64,000 bases of DNA, taken from assembly GCF_963921235.1 (NCBI RefSeq), contig NC_086108.1, forward strand, positions 86,616,001 to 86,680,000, given 5' to 3'. Position 1 is the stretch's first letter. Every line of letters starts with the position of its first letter. Source of the DNA: Mobula hypostoma (lineage: Eukaryota). Below, piece after piece: positions 37,301 to 50,729 of this stretch. Position numbers and translations under genes: made by a program. The notes below the pieces were generated by a model that saw only the letters and a program-made list of their open reading frames with translations, searched no databases and was not told the origin of the DNA.

Positions 37301-38137
37301 AATGATGCTGAAGGTCACTACCTCCACAACCCTTTCAGGCACTAACTTCCAGACTTGTATTCTTCACCGTGTGAAATATTTTTCTTTCTCTCAACTTCTC
37401 CCTTATCATTCTACTAACTTAAATACTTGAATCTTACTTAGATCTGCGCACTTTAGGCAAGGACTACCCTATCTATGTCTCTCTTTATTTTCTATACTTC
37501 CTTCGTTTCAAGGAGAGTAACCCTGCCCAGACAATTTCTCAGCCCTATAATTCCCCAGCCCAGGAAGTGTCCTTGTAAATCTTCTCTGCACCCCTTTTAG
37601 TGTTGCCACGTTATCCTTGTCCAACTTACATTTCACAGAATCTAATGCAACTCGTCTGTCTTGTATTCTCTACCTTGACCATAAAGGAAATAATCTCTTA
37701 TACTTTTATTCCCATCGGTCTCAGAGTGGTTAAATATTATTTCTACTTATTTAGCCAACCACCCCTGAATGCCTCATGGTCATGACATTACTGCTCTGTC
37801 TTATTTGTGATCCAAATATATTCATGTGCAGGCGTAGGAACCAAACATAATACTGTTTCTCATAACATTTTCCCACTACATGTCAGACCGATGGGCTTGC
37901 AATTACTTAATCTTTTTTTTCTATTATTTATTTCATTTGCAATGGGCCAGATCAGAACATGTAATCCTATTTAATGAATTTTTAAGTAGAAGTCAAACAA
38001 CTTACACTTTTTATTAACAATTGCACTATATAATATTATTTATGAAATCCCCTTTTAACAAAAGGGGCTCCCTATTGGTAACTGAAGGATAAAATGATCT
38101 CAAAACAGTCCAAAAGAGTCCACAGGCAACTAAATTA

Positions 38138-40290
38138 TAGGATGGTAAATTATGAGGCTATAAGGCTAGAACTTGTGGGTGTGAATTGGGATGATGTTTT
38201 TGCAGGGAAATGTACTATGGACATGTGGTCGATGTTTAGGATCTCTTGCAGGATGTTAGGGATAAATTTGTCCCAGTGAGGAAGATAAAGAGTGGTATGG
38301 CGAAGGAACCATGGGTAACAAGTGAGGTGGAAAATCTAGTCAGGTGGAAGAAGGCAGCATACATGAGGTTTAGGAAGCAAGGATCAGATGGGTCTATTGA
38401 GGAATATAGAGTAGCAAGAAAGGAGCTTAAGAAGGGGCTGAGGAGAGCAAGAAGGGGCATGAGAAGGCCTTGATGAGTAGGGTAAAGGAAAACCCCAAGG
38501 CATTCTTCACTTATGTGAAGAATAAAAGGATGACAGGAGTGAAGATAGGACCGATTAGAGACAAAGGTAGGAAGATGTTCCTGGAGGCTGTGGAAGTGAG
38601 CAAGGCCCTCAATGAATACTTCTCTTCGGTATTCACCAATGAGAGGGAACTTGATGATGGTGAGGACAATATGAGTGAGGTTGATGTTCTGGAGCATGTT
38701 GATATTAAGGGAGAAGAGGTGTTGGACTTGTTAAAATACATTAGGACAGATAAGTCTCTGGGGCCTGATGGAATATTCCCCAGGCTGCTCCATGAGGTGA
38801 GGGAAGAGATTGCTGAACCTCTGGCTAGGATCTTTATGTCCTCGTTGTCCACGGGAGTGGTACCTGAGGATTGGAGGGAGGCGAATGTTGTTCCCTTCTT
38901 CAAAAAAGGTAGTAGGAATAGTCCGGGTAATTATAGACCAGTGAGCCTTACGTCTGTGGTGGGAAAGCTGTTGGGAAAGATTCTTAGAGATGGGATCTTT
39001 GGGCATTTAGAGAATCATGGTCTGATCAGGGACAGTCAGCATGGCTTTGTGAATGGCAGATCATGTCTAACAAGCCTGATAGAGTTCTCTGAGGAGGTGA
39101 CCAGGCATATAGATGAGGGTAGTGTAGTGGATGTGATCTACATGGATTTTAGTAAGGCATTTGACAAGGTTCCACATGGTAGGCTTATTCAGAAAGTCAG
39201 AAGGCATGGGATCCAGGGAAGTTTGGCCAGGTGAATTCAGAATTGGCTTGCCTGCAGAAAGCAGAGGGTCATGGTGGAGGAAGTACATTCAGATTGGAGG
39301 ATTGTGACTAGTGGTGTCCCACAAGGATTGGTTCTGGGACCTCTACTTTTCGTGATTTTTATTAACGACCTCGATGTGAGGGTAGAAGGGTGGGTTGACA
39401 TGTTTGCAGACGACACAAAGGTTGGTGGTATTGTGGATAATGTAGAGGATTGTCAAAGATTACAGAGAGACATTGATAGGATGCAGAAGTGGGCTAAGAA
39501 GTGGCAGATAGAGTTCAACCCACAGAAGTGTCAGGTGGTACACTTTGGAAGGACAAACTCCAAGGCAGAGTACAAAGTAAATGGCAGGATACCTGGAAGT
39601 GTGGAAGAGCAGAGGGATCTCGGGTAGATGTCCATAGATCCCTGAAAGTTGCCTCACAGGTGGATAGGGTAGTTAAGAAAACTTGTGGAGTGTTAGCTGT
39701 CATAAGTCAAGGGATAGATTTTAAGAGTCGCGGGGTAATGATGCAGCTCTATAAAACTGTTTAGGCCACACTTGGAGTACTGTGTCCAGTTCTGGTCGCC
39801 TCACTATAGGAAGGATGTGGAAGCATTGGAAAGGGTACAGAGGAGATTTACCAGGATGCTGCCTGGTTTAGAGAGTATGCATTATGATCAGAGATTAAGG
39901 GAGCCAGGGCTTTAATCTCTAGAGAGAAGGAGGATGAGAGGAGACATGATAGAGGTGTACAAGATATTAAGAGGAATAGATAGAGTGGACAGCCAGTGCC
40001 TCTTCCCCAGGGCACCAGTGCTCAATACAAGAGGACATGGCTTTAAGGTAAGGGGTGGGAAGTTCAAGGGGGATATTAGAGTAAGGCTTTTTACTCAGAG
40101 TGGTTGGTGCGTGGAATGCACTGCCTGAGTCAGTGGTGGAGGCAGATACACTAGTGAAATTTAAGAGACTACTAGACAGATATATTGAGGAATTTAAGGT
40201 GGGGAGTTATATGGGAGGCAGGGTTTAAGGGTCGGCACAACATTGTGGGCCCAAGGGCCTGTATTGTGCTGTACTGTTCTATGTTCTATG
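38138..40290 (+). mobile_element. 5'-truncated CR1 LINE, RT pseudogene
   Basis: ORFs 38470-39234 (GNYRPVSLTSVVGK..QHGFV..YMDFSKAFDKVPH) and 39271-39627 (SGVPQG..FADDTK); (GTTCTAT)n tail. Confidence 0.97.
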
Positions 40291-40309
40291 GTGTCTTGCT
40301 AGTGAGAAA

Positions 40310-41555
40310 GGGTCAATTGCATTATTATTGTCACGTGCATGATGTACAGTGAAAAACATGTCTTGCATATTGTTCATACAGATCAATGCATTACATCAAC
40401 ATATTGTTGTAGTGTAGTACAATAACAGAGTGCAGAATTGTGTTCTGTTACTGAAGAAGCGTAGTACAGGTAGATAATAAGGTGACATCTAACGAGGTAG
40501 ATTTTGAGGTCAAGAGTCCACCTTATGATACTAAGGAACTGTTCAATAATCTCATAACAGTGGGTCAGAAGCTGGCTTTGAGCGAAGTTACATGTGCTTT
40601 CTAGCTTTTGTATCTTCTGTATAATGGAACGGGCGGAGAACAGAAATGGCCAGGGCCTTTGATTATGCTGGCTGATTACCAAGGCAGTGAGAAACCTAGG
40701 CAGAGTCTAGGGAGAAGGGCGGTTGTTTTGCATGCTGTGCTGAGCTGTGTCCACAACTCTGCAGTTTTCTTGCAGCCACGAGCAGAGCAGTGGCATACTG
40801 AACCATGATGCAGCCTGGCAGGATTCTTTCATTGACAAAATTTGCATCAGTAAAAACTGGTGGGGGTCAAAGGGAATTTGCCAAATATTTGTAGCCTCTC
40901 GAGAAGTAGCAGCACTGGTGCATTTCCTTGGTCATGGCCCAGGACAGACTCTGGTTGAATTTCACACCTAGGAGCTTGAAGCTCTCAGTCCTCTCATCCT
41001 CAGTCCTACTCATGTAAACATAAGCATGTGCTCTGCCTCCCTTCCTGAAGTCAAGGACCAGCTCTTTTTTTCGTTGTTGATATTGTTGTAGTGATATGTT
41101 GCCACTGGGCTTTCTCCCTCTTTTCTGTATCCCAGCTCATTGTTACTTGAGGTATGGTCCACTAGACTGGTCTGCAAACTTGTGATGGAGTTGGTGTAGG
41201 ATCTAGCCGCACAGCTGTGAGTGCAGAGTAGAGGGTTGAATGTGCAGCCCTGTTGGGGAGCAGTGTTGAGAATAATCATTGCAGAGATTCTGCTGCATGG
41301 CCTTATTGATTGCAGTCTGTTGGTCAGGGATTCAGTTGCAAAATGAGGTGTTGAGTCCCAGGGCTAAAAATTTGGAGATGAGATTGTTTGAAATTATAGT
41401 ATTGCAGTTGGAGCTGTAGTCAATAAACAATAGGCAAATGAAAGTCTCTTTACTGTCCAGGTGTTCCAGAGGTGAATGTAATGACAAAGAGATTGCCTCT
41501 GTTGTAGACCTGTTCCGACGGCAGGTGAATCCCAGTCATGGTGGCGTTGAAGCAC
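40310..41555 (-). mobile_element. Degenerate Rex1/Babar-like LINE RT and 3' fragment
   Basis: Minus ORF 41010-41279 ILNTAPQQGCTFNPLL.THSCAA; TTTATTGACTACAGCTCC (FIDYSS) at ~41410-41427. Confidence 0.75.
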
Positions 41556-41557
41556 TT

Positions 41558-41992
41558 GGATAGATAGATAGACAGATATACTTTATTGATCCTGAGGGAA
41601 ATTGGGTTTCGTTACAGCTGCACCAACCAAGAATAGAGCATAAATATAGCAATACAAAAACCACAAACAATCAAACAACAAAATACAAACTATGCCAGAT
41701 GGAAAATAAGTCCAGGACCAGTCTACTGGCTCAGAGTGTCTGACCCTCTACGGGAGGAGCTGCAAGTTCGATGGCCCCAGGCAGGAACGACCTCCCGTGC
41801 CGTCCAGTGTTGTATCTCGGTGGAATATGGCCGAAGTCCAACAGTCAAAAGTTCAATATCCGGTCTACAAACACGTTCCTCGATTGTAATATGACCTTGA
41901 TTGTACCATCTGTTGTTAAGAAGAACAGTAAGCACCCAACTCCTTCACGATTACCGCTCTCAGTGCAGCCCGAACGGTCTGGAAGCCGGCCA
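41558..41992 (-). mobile_element. Internally deleted Rex1/Babar-like LINE derivative (endonuclease piece fused to 3' end)
   Basis: NNRWYNQGHITIEERVCRPDIELLTVGLRPY joins directly to a C-terminus/3' UTR near-identical to 62806-63128; (GATA)n tail. Confidence 0.75.
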
Positions 41993-42199
41993 TGAAGAAG
42001 TTTTGCATAGGTATGTCCTCGTGCAGCCCCGTTCCAGTAAAACACATGCTTGTGTATGTTAAAGCCATCATGTTTCTTCAGTACCAGAGGTATTTGGTAC
42101 AGATCAGGAAAGTATGACAACTTGAGTTTAACTAGTGGACTACTTGCGCTCCTCTTGACCCCACTTTGGTAAGTTTACCATTTACCCTGAAAAAGGAGT

Positions 42200-43987
42200 A
42201 GGAATAGATTAAGGATTTGAAAAGGCAAGAGCAGAGAAAAAAAAATCATTTGGAGTGGAAAGATGGAGTATGAATATAAGCTTACAGGAAAAATCAACAA
42301 TTGACTGTAAGAGCATTTATATTAAGAGAAAAAAGTCAGTGTAAGCAAATATAAATGCACTATAAATGGAAAGAGGAGAATTTTTAATTGGGGAGAAGAA
42401 AGAAAATGCCATTAGAGTTTAACATATATTTTATTCTGTCTACACCAAGGAGGGCACAAATATTCCCAGGTATGATAACACAGAAAGAGAGATAAGAAGT
42501 GAAGGGAGTTAGTATTCATAAAGAAATGGGAAAATTAATAGAGTGAAATACTGACAAATCTCCAAGGCCTAATAATCTTTTAAGGCATGAAGTAAGTGCC
42601 ATTGGAAGTAAACAAACTCATTGCTAGTCAAGTTCCAAAATGTTGTTAAGTCTAGAGTTCCTATGATGTCAAGGTGGTTAATGTGATTCCACTGTTTTTA
42701 AAAAAAAAAGGGAGAAAGGGAAAATAAAATCAGTGAATTACACATCAGTATTCCTAATAACAGCATCAAGGACACAATAATGGACATTTGGTTGCACAGA
42801 CAAAGCAACACAGGTTTAAGAAAGGGAAATCATGCATATTAAGTCTATTGAAGTTATTTGAAGTTGTAACTATTGATAAAGGAAGAACTAATGGATGTCA
42901 TACATTTGGACTTTCAGGTGGGTTTTGATATTGTGTAGATGAGAGATTAATGTGTAGCTTTAAAGTACATGAAATTAGGGATGGTATATTGACAAGTATT
43001 GAAAATGGACTTTTAGAGAACAGAGACAGAGAATAAACAGAACTGTGTGTAGCTGACACAGTGATTAAACTTCCCAGAATGCCTCATGGTCATGATATCT
43101 TTGTCTACCTCTACAGTGAGACAGAGCAATGAATGGAGTGCAGAGTGCTTGGGCCTCAACTTTTCAATATACTGTATGTATGTACCATCAATGATTACAT
43201 AAAATAATACATTATAATACATTCACATTTCCTGATGCCTCACAAGTTTGTCTGAATGTAAGCTGTGACAAGAATGCAAGGCAGCTCCAATGTGATTTAG
43301 ACATTGGATTAGTGGGAAAACACATGGAAAATGGAACAAGAAATACTGATGATTATCTGAACAGCGATAGAATGGAAAGGGATAAGTACAATGAGAACCA
43401 GATTTCTCGTACACCAGCAACTGAAAGCAATTGTTCAGGCACTTCAAGCAGCTAAGAAGGTAAGTGACACATTGGTCTTCATCAGATGAGGATCTGGGGA
43501 ATGAAAAGCAAGGATATATTGCTGCAGATTTCAGAGCCATGGCACAACTTGTGGATTTTGTTTGAAAGTTTGACCTACTTATTTGAGGAAGAGTATTCTT
43601 GGCATGGAGGAATGCAATAAAATTGATTAGACTGATTACTGGGTATAGTGGGACTGGCATGAGAAGTGATTGGGATATCGTGGCCTATATTCAGTGGAGT
43701 ACAGTACAGAGGAATAGAGGGAATCTCTTAGAAAAATCATAAATTCTAACAGGGTTTGACAGTTGAGATTTAGGGAGACTATATCAGATGGCTACAGGCT
43801 ATGAATCAGGGTCATAGACTCAGGATAAGGGGTACCCCAATTACAGAAAATATCAAAGATCAGGAGAAATTCCTTCACCCAGAGGGGAGTGAAATTGGGT
43901 TTTCTTTTACTAGAGCAGGTTGTGGGGGATAAATCATTAAATATATTCGAGAAAGGGGTAGATGTATTTCTTAATGCTCAAGGGGTG
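42200..43987 (+). mobile_element. Highly degraded old CR1 LINE
   Basis: Collinear remnants: GACAAATCTCCAAGGCCT (DKSP), GGGAAATCATG, TTGGACTTTCAG (LDFQ), GGGTCATAGACTCAGGATAAGGGG, CCTTCACCCAGAGGG. Confidence 0.75.
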
Positions 43988-44168
43988 CTGGAACAAGACT
44001 AAGTTTCTGTATTGCTACACGGTAAATGCTGAGTTTGCTTATAAACTTAAAGACTGCCAATGTGTGTGGAGTGTAGCAGGGGAAACATATCCATTCATTT
44101 TCCCTAATGATATGCTTATTTCACAGGCAATTAGCCGACGTACAGTGACTGTGTTTCTCTTTAACAAT

Positions 44169-44323
44169 CACACTGGGTAGAGGCCAATCACCTGCTCAGA
44201 CGTTGGGAAGAGATTCTCTCAGCCAAATCAACCAAATGTGCATCATTGAGTTCACACTAGGGAGAGGCCGTTCACCTGCTGTGAATGTGGGAAGCGATTC
44301 CCTTAGTCATCTAACCTTACGTA
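44169..44323 (+). pseudogene. C2H2 (Kruppel-type) zinc-finger relic, about 1.7 fingers
   Basis: Translates [55 protein letters not shown]-type linkers, CxxCGKRF, in-frame stops. Confidence 0.85.
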
Positions 44324-44503
44324 ACTCTAGCTTCGGCTAGCAACTTAATATAGGGGGTGATAGCCCCCCAGCCTGGCCAGACTTAAGAAATCTCATTTGG
44401 GTGGATGCTGTGTGATGTGTCCCCTGTTACAAATCAGTACTGAACCCCGAAATAACGAACAGTACACAGTATGTGATTAAACGATTGAGCTTTATAATTC
44501 TTA

Positions 44504-47500
44504 GGATCATTGGGACCTCTTCTGGGGCAGGTGGGACTTGTACAAGGGAGACGGGTTACACCTGAACTGCAAGGGGACCAATATCCTTTCAGGGAGGTTT
44601 GTTAGTGCTATTGGGGAGGGTTTAAACTAGATCTGTAGGGGAATAGGAACCAGAGTGCCAGAGCAGATAGTGGAGCAGGGGTGAAAATAAATGATGTTAA
44701 CAATTCATGCAAAGTCACAAATAGAAGGGTCGTGTGTGGTGGTAATAATCTTCTGAGGTGTGTCTATTTCCATGCAAGAGTATTGTGGGGAAGGTTGATG
44801 AGCTGAGGGCGTGGATTGACACATGGAATTACAACATTATAGCCATTAGTGAAACTTGGCTGCAGGAGGGGCAGGACTGGCAGCTTAATGTTCCAGGGTT
44901 CCGATATTTCAGACATGATAGAGGCAGAGGAATGAAGGGTGGTGGGGTGGCACTGCTAGTCAGGGAAAATATTACAGCAGTGCTCAGGCTGGACAGATTA
45001 GAGGGCTTGTCTATCGAGGCCATATGGGTGGAGCTGAGAAACAGGAAAGGTATGATCACATTAATGGGGTTGTATGATAGACCACCCAATAGTCAGCGAG
45101 AATTGGAGGAGCAAATCTGCAGAGGGATAGCAGACAACAGCAGGAAACATAAAGTTGTGATAGTAGGGGATTTTAACTGTCCACATATTGATTGGGACTC
45201 CCATACCGTTAAAGGTCGAGACAGGTTAGAGTTTGTAAAATGTGTTCAGGAAAGCTTTCTAAATCAATATATAGAGGTACCAACTAGAGAGGATGCAATA
45301 TTAGATCTCCTATTAGGAAACAAGTTAGGACAGGTGACAGAAGTGTGTGTAGGGGAACACTTTGGGTCCAGTGATCATAACACCATTAATTTCATCTTGA
45401 TCATGGATAAAGATAGATCTGGTCCTTGGGTTGAGGTTCTAAACTGGAAAAATGCCAAATTTGAAGAAATGAGAAAGGATCTAAAAAGCGTGAATTGGGA
45501 CAGGTTGTTCTCTGGCAAGGATGTGATCCGTAAGTGGGAGGCCTTCAAAGAAGAAATTTTGAGAGTGCAGAGTTTGTATGTTCCTGTCAGGATTAAAAGC
45601 AAAGTGAATAGGAATAGGGAGCCTTGGTTCTCAAGGGATATTGGAACTCTGATAAAGAAGAAGAGAGAGATGTATGACATGTATAGGAAACAGGGAGCAA
45701 ATAAGGTGCTTGAGGAGTATAAAAAATGCAAAAAATACTTGAAGAAATCAGGAGGGCTAAAGGAAGACATGAAGTTGCTTTGGCAGTTAAGGTGAAGGAT
45801 AATCCAAAGAGCTTCTACAGTATATTCGGAGCGAAAGGATTGTAAGGGATAAAATTGGCCCTCTTGAAGATCAGAGTGGTCGGCTCTGTATGGAACCAAA
45901 AGAAATTGGGGAGATCTTAAATGGGTTTTTTGCGTCTGTATTTACTAAGGAAACTGGCATGGAGTCGATGGAAATAAGGCAAGCAGGTAGTGAGGTAATG
46001 GAACCTATACAGTTTGAAGAGGAGGAGGTGCTTGCTATCTTGAGGCAAATCAGAGTAGATAAATCCCCAGGACCTGACAGGGTATTCCCTCGGACCTTGA
46101 AGGAGACTAGTGTTGAAATTGCAGCGGCCCTGGCAGATATATTTAAAATGTCAGTATCTACGGGTGAGGTGCTGGAGGATTGAAGGATAGCACATATTGT
46201 TCCGTTGTTTAAAAAAGGCTCTAAAAGTAATCCGGGAAATTATAAGCTGGTAAATTTGACGTCGGTAGTAGGTAAATTATTGGAAGGAGTACTAAGAGAT
46301 AGGATCTACAAGTATTTGGATAGACAGGGACTTTTTAGGGAGAATCAACATGGCTTTGTGCGTGGTAGGTCATGTTTAACCAATCTATTAGAGTTTTTCA
46401 AGGAGGTTACCAGGAAAGTGTATAAAGGAAAGTCAGTGGGTGTTGTCTACATGGACTTCAGTAAGGCCTTTGACAATGTCCCGTATAGGAGGTTAGTTAG
46501 GAGGATTCAGTTGCTAGGTATATATGGAGAGGTAGTAAATTGGATTAGACATTGGCTCAATGGAAGAAGCCAAAGAGTGGTGGTAGAGAATTGCTTCTCT
46601 GAGTGGGGGCCTGTGACTAGTGGTGTGCCACAGGGATCAGTGCTGGGTCCATTGTTATTTGTCATCTATATCAATGTTCTGGATGATAATGTGGTAAATT
46701 GGATCAGCCAATTTGCTGACGATACAAAGACTGGAGGTTTAGTTGACAGTGAGGAAGGTTCTCAAAGCTTGCAGAGGGATTTGGACCAGCTGGAAAAATG
46801 GGCTGAAAAATGGCAGATGGAGTTTGATACAGACAAGTGTGAGGTATTGCACTTTGGAAGGACAAACCAAGGTAGAACATACAAGGTAAATGGTAGGGCA
46901 CTGAGGAGTGCAGTAGAACAGAGGGATCTGGGAATACAGATACAAAATACCCTAAAAGTGGCGTCACAGGTAGATAGGGTAGTAAAGAGAGCTTTTGGTA
47001 CATTGGCCTTTATAAATCAAGATATAAATGTTGGGATGTTATGGTGAGGTTGTGTAAGGCATTCGTGTGGCACCGAATTTGGAGTATTGTGTGCAGTTTT
47101 GGTCACCAAATTACAGGAAGGATATCAATAAAGTTGAAAGAGTGCAGAGAAGGTTTACAAGGATGTTGCTGGGATTTGAGAAACTGAGTTACAGAGAAAG
47201 GTTGAATAGGTTAGGACTTTATTCCCTGGAGCGTAGAAGAATGAGGGGAGAGTTGATAGAGGTATATAAAATTATGATGGGTTTAGATAGAATGAATGCA
47301 AGCAGGCTTTTTCCACTGAGGCTAGGGGAGAAAAAAACCAGAGGACACGGGTTGTGTCAAGGGGGAAAAGTTTAAAGGGAAAACTGGGGGGGGCTTCTTC
47401 ACACAGAGAGTGGTGTGAGTGTGGAATGAGCTGCCAGATGAAGTGGTAAGTGTGGGTTCACTTTTAACAGTTAAGAATAACTTGGACAGGTACATGGATG

Positions 47501-47621
47501 AGAGGTGTATGGAGGGATATGGTCCGTGTGCAGGTCAGTGGGACTAGGCAGAAAAATGGTTCGGCACAGCCAAGAAGGGCCAAAAGGCCTCTTTCTGTGC
47601 TGTAATGTTCTATGGTTCTAT
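44504..47621 (+). mobile_element. CR1 LINE: end of ORF1 plus disrupted ORF2 (APE endonuclease + RT)
   Basis: DHWDLFWGRWDLYKGDGLHLN; ORFs 44758-45795 (AISETWL, VGDFN, SSDHN), 46205-47047 (FADDTK), 47067-47375; TTCTATGGTTCTAT tail. Confidence 0.97.
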
Positions 47622-47699
47622 ATTATCTGGGCACCCCAGTGGCAGGTCTAAGATCGCAGAAGCACCTTATTAAATATCAAGAGATCAATGTCTGAAGTG

Positions 47700-48055
47700 A
47701 TGATAGAAGAATGTATTGGTTGTATGACTGAACTAGCAAACCAGGCCTCTAAGTTCCTGGATCAACTAATGATAAACATTCCAACCCACATAATTTATGT
47801 TTCGAAAGATAAATTATTATGAAGGTAGCGTCAAGAATTGTAACTATAAAGCACAAGATGTGGTAAAGATCCATTTGATACACTAATGTCATTCCGGGAA
47901 AGAAATCTACCATCTTTATCCATCCTGACCTTTACATGACCTCAGATCCTCAGTGAACTGTTGGTTTTTAATGGTTTCATGAAACTGAATAAGGATAATG
48001 AAGGTTGGGCAATAAATGCTTCCATTGCCAATAGAAATAAGATCACATGAGCAAA
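47700..48055 (+). mobile_element. Degraded SINE-like repeat
   Basis: CACTAATGTCATTCCGGGAAAGAAATCTACCATC..GGGCAATAAATGCT resembles a common chondrichthyan SINE body and tail; recognised by eye only. Confidence 0.4.
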
Positions 48056-48764
48056 TTATAAAATATCATTATATACTTTTTAACAGCATCAATATCTTAA
48101 GAGATCCTCGGACGTGGTAGAGTAGTTCTCAGTATATTCAGAACATCAAAGAGTTAATGGAAGGCCGTGATCTTAAGAACAGCTTGTAGGAGTTTATTTC
48201 CTTCTGGGCTTCAGCTGCTGGGAAAATAAGTGTTCTGTGAATGTTAAGTTAAAGAATAACCAAGTTCTCTGATAGATTTGGAAGGTATTGCACTGTGGTC
48301 TGTCATGTTCCTGACAAAGCATATTGATTGGTTGTGACCTTATAACAGTTGGAGAGAAAAAAAAGTCTTCAAAGATCAGAGCTGTCAGTTTATCCTTAGG
48401 TCATAATATTATTTTGAAATATGCTTGACCTCATTTGTTTCCCCTAAACTGGAAATTCGTTGGAAGTTCTTAACAGCGAAATGTTTGTAATTGGTATTTA
48501 TTTGCTGCATTACTGAAATTTCCTATGTACTTAATTGCAGGGAAACAGCAATAACAGTGGTTGTTCAACATGGTTAGCATGATTGTCTGCCAGCAGAAGT
48601 TTGAATGTTGCTAAGAGATGGAATTCCTGACTCTGAGTCTAAAGATACTGAGTTCAAAGCCTGTACCAGCCTGTCTTAGTATTACGAATTATTGGATGAC
48701 ATCCACCAGAACTGTTGTATATCAGATAACTCCATGACCCCTAGAACACACATATCCTTACTCA

Positions 48765-49320
48765 CAAGAACACAAGGAAATTGGACCCAGAGTTGGCAAT
48801 CTGATGCCCCAAGCTTGTTCTGCCATTCAATATAATTAATGCTGATCTACTCCAGGCCTCGACTCTTTCTTTCTGCCAGATCCACATCACCCACAATTCC
48901 TCAATCTTACAAAAATATTTCTATCTCTATTTTAAGAGCTTCTAATGATATAGCCTCCACAGTTCTTTGGTGTAGTGAATTCCAAAAATTCACTATCAGT
49001 TATGAGGAAAAAAATTCTACAACTCCATCTAGGATTTAAATGGCCCATATCTTACCTTGAATTTACATCTGCTTGTTTGTGGCTCTTCCACTGGTGGGAG
49101 TATCTCCACATTTAACCTGTAATGCCACTTATATGCTTCAATATGATCCCTCCTTATTTGTCTAAACCTCAAAGAACTGAGATCTAACCTTTTAGCCTCT
49201 CTCAATACAGGACAATCCTCATATCCTAATATTAAGCCTGAGGAATCTACAATGGATTGCCTCCAGTGCTACTAAATCATTTCAAAGGTAAGGGAAAGAA
49301 AACCGAGGTATAGACAATGT
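48765..49320 (-). mobile_element. Degraded CR1 3' fragment
   Basis: CACAAGAACACAAG tail, GCCATTCAAT, GTAGTGAATTCCAAAAATTCAC reverse-CR1 motifs. Confidence 0.7.
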
Positions 49321-49745
49321 TCCGGGTGAAAACCATAAGACATAGGAGCAGAATTAGGCCATTCAGCCAATTGAGTCTGCTCTGCCATTCAGTCAAGACT
49401 GATTTATTCTCCTTATCAACACCATTCTCCTGCCTTCTCTCTGTAACATTTGATGATCTTATTAATCCTGAACATATCAACTTCCGTTTAAATAAACCAC
49501 AGCCATCTGGCAATGAATTCTACGGTTGCATCACCTTCTGGCTGAATAAATTCCTCCTCATCTCTGTTCTAAAGGTTTGTCCTATTCTGAGGCTGTGCCC
49601 CCTGTCCCTAGGCACTCTCACTATTGGAAGCATCCCCTCCATATCCATTCTATTTGAACCTTCAATATTTGGTCAGATTCAGTGAGATCCCCATCAATCT
49701 TCTTAACTGAAGCGAGTACAGGACCAGAGCCATTAAATTTTCCTC

Positions 49746-50729
49746 AAAGAGACTGGGGAAGAAGCAGTTGGCTCACAAATAGAGAAAGCTTGGAGACAGT
49801 GTGTGAGGTAAGATAGGCAGGTAATAGATAAGGGACGTGCTCAGACTGATGGTTTGAGATGTGTCTATTTTAACACAAGGAGTATTGTGAACAAATCGGA
49901 TGAGCTTAGAGCATGGATCAGTACTTGGAGCTATGATGTGGTGGCCATTACAGAGACTTGGATGGCTCAGGGACAGGAATGGTTACTTCAAGTGCCGGGT
50001 TTTAGATGTTTCAGAAAGGACAGGGAGGGAGGCAAAAGAGGTGGGGGCGTGGCACTGTTGATCAGAGATAGTGTCACGGCTGCAGAAAAGGTGGACATCA
50101 TGGAGGGATTGTCTATGGAGTCTCTGTGGGGTGGAGGTTAAGAACAGGAAGGAGTCAATAACTCTACTGGGTGTTGTTTATAGGCTGCCCAATAGTAACA
50201 GGGATATTGAGGAGCAGATAGGGAAACAGATCCTGGAAAGGTGTAATAACAGAGTCGTTGTAATGGGGAGATTTTAATTTCCCAAATATCGATTGGCATC
50301 TCGCTGGAGCAAGGGGTTGAGATGGTAGTGTTTGTTAGGTATGTTCAGGAATGTTTCTTGACACAATACGTAGATAAGACTACAAGAGGAGAGGTTGTAC
50401 TTGATTTGGTATTGGGAAATGAACCTAGTCATGTGTCAGATCTCTCAGTGGGAGAGCATTGAGATAGTGATCATACTTCTATCTCCTTTACAACGGCATT
50501 GGAGAGAGATAGAAACAGACAAGTTAGAAAAGTGTTTCATTGGAGTAAGGAGAGTTATGAGGCTATCAGGCAGGAAATTGGAAGCTTAAATTAGGAACAG
50601 ACGTTCTCAGGGAAAAGTACGGAAGAAATGTGGTAAATGTTTAGGGGATATTTGTATGGAGTTCTGCACAGATACGTTCAAATGAGACAGGGAAGTTATG
50701 GTAGAGTACAGGAAACGTGGTGTACAAAG
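49746..50729 (+). mobile_element. CR1 LINE endonuclease region (5' half of chimera)
   Basis: ORF 49854-50141 RCVYFNTRSIVNKSDEL..VAITETW..RKDREGGKRGGGVALL. Confidence 0.93.

Noticed and set aside
44169..44323. Functional ZNF gene exon
   Set aside because: In-frame stops, a lost Cys ligand, and fewer than two fingers.
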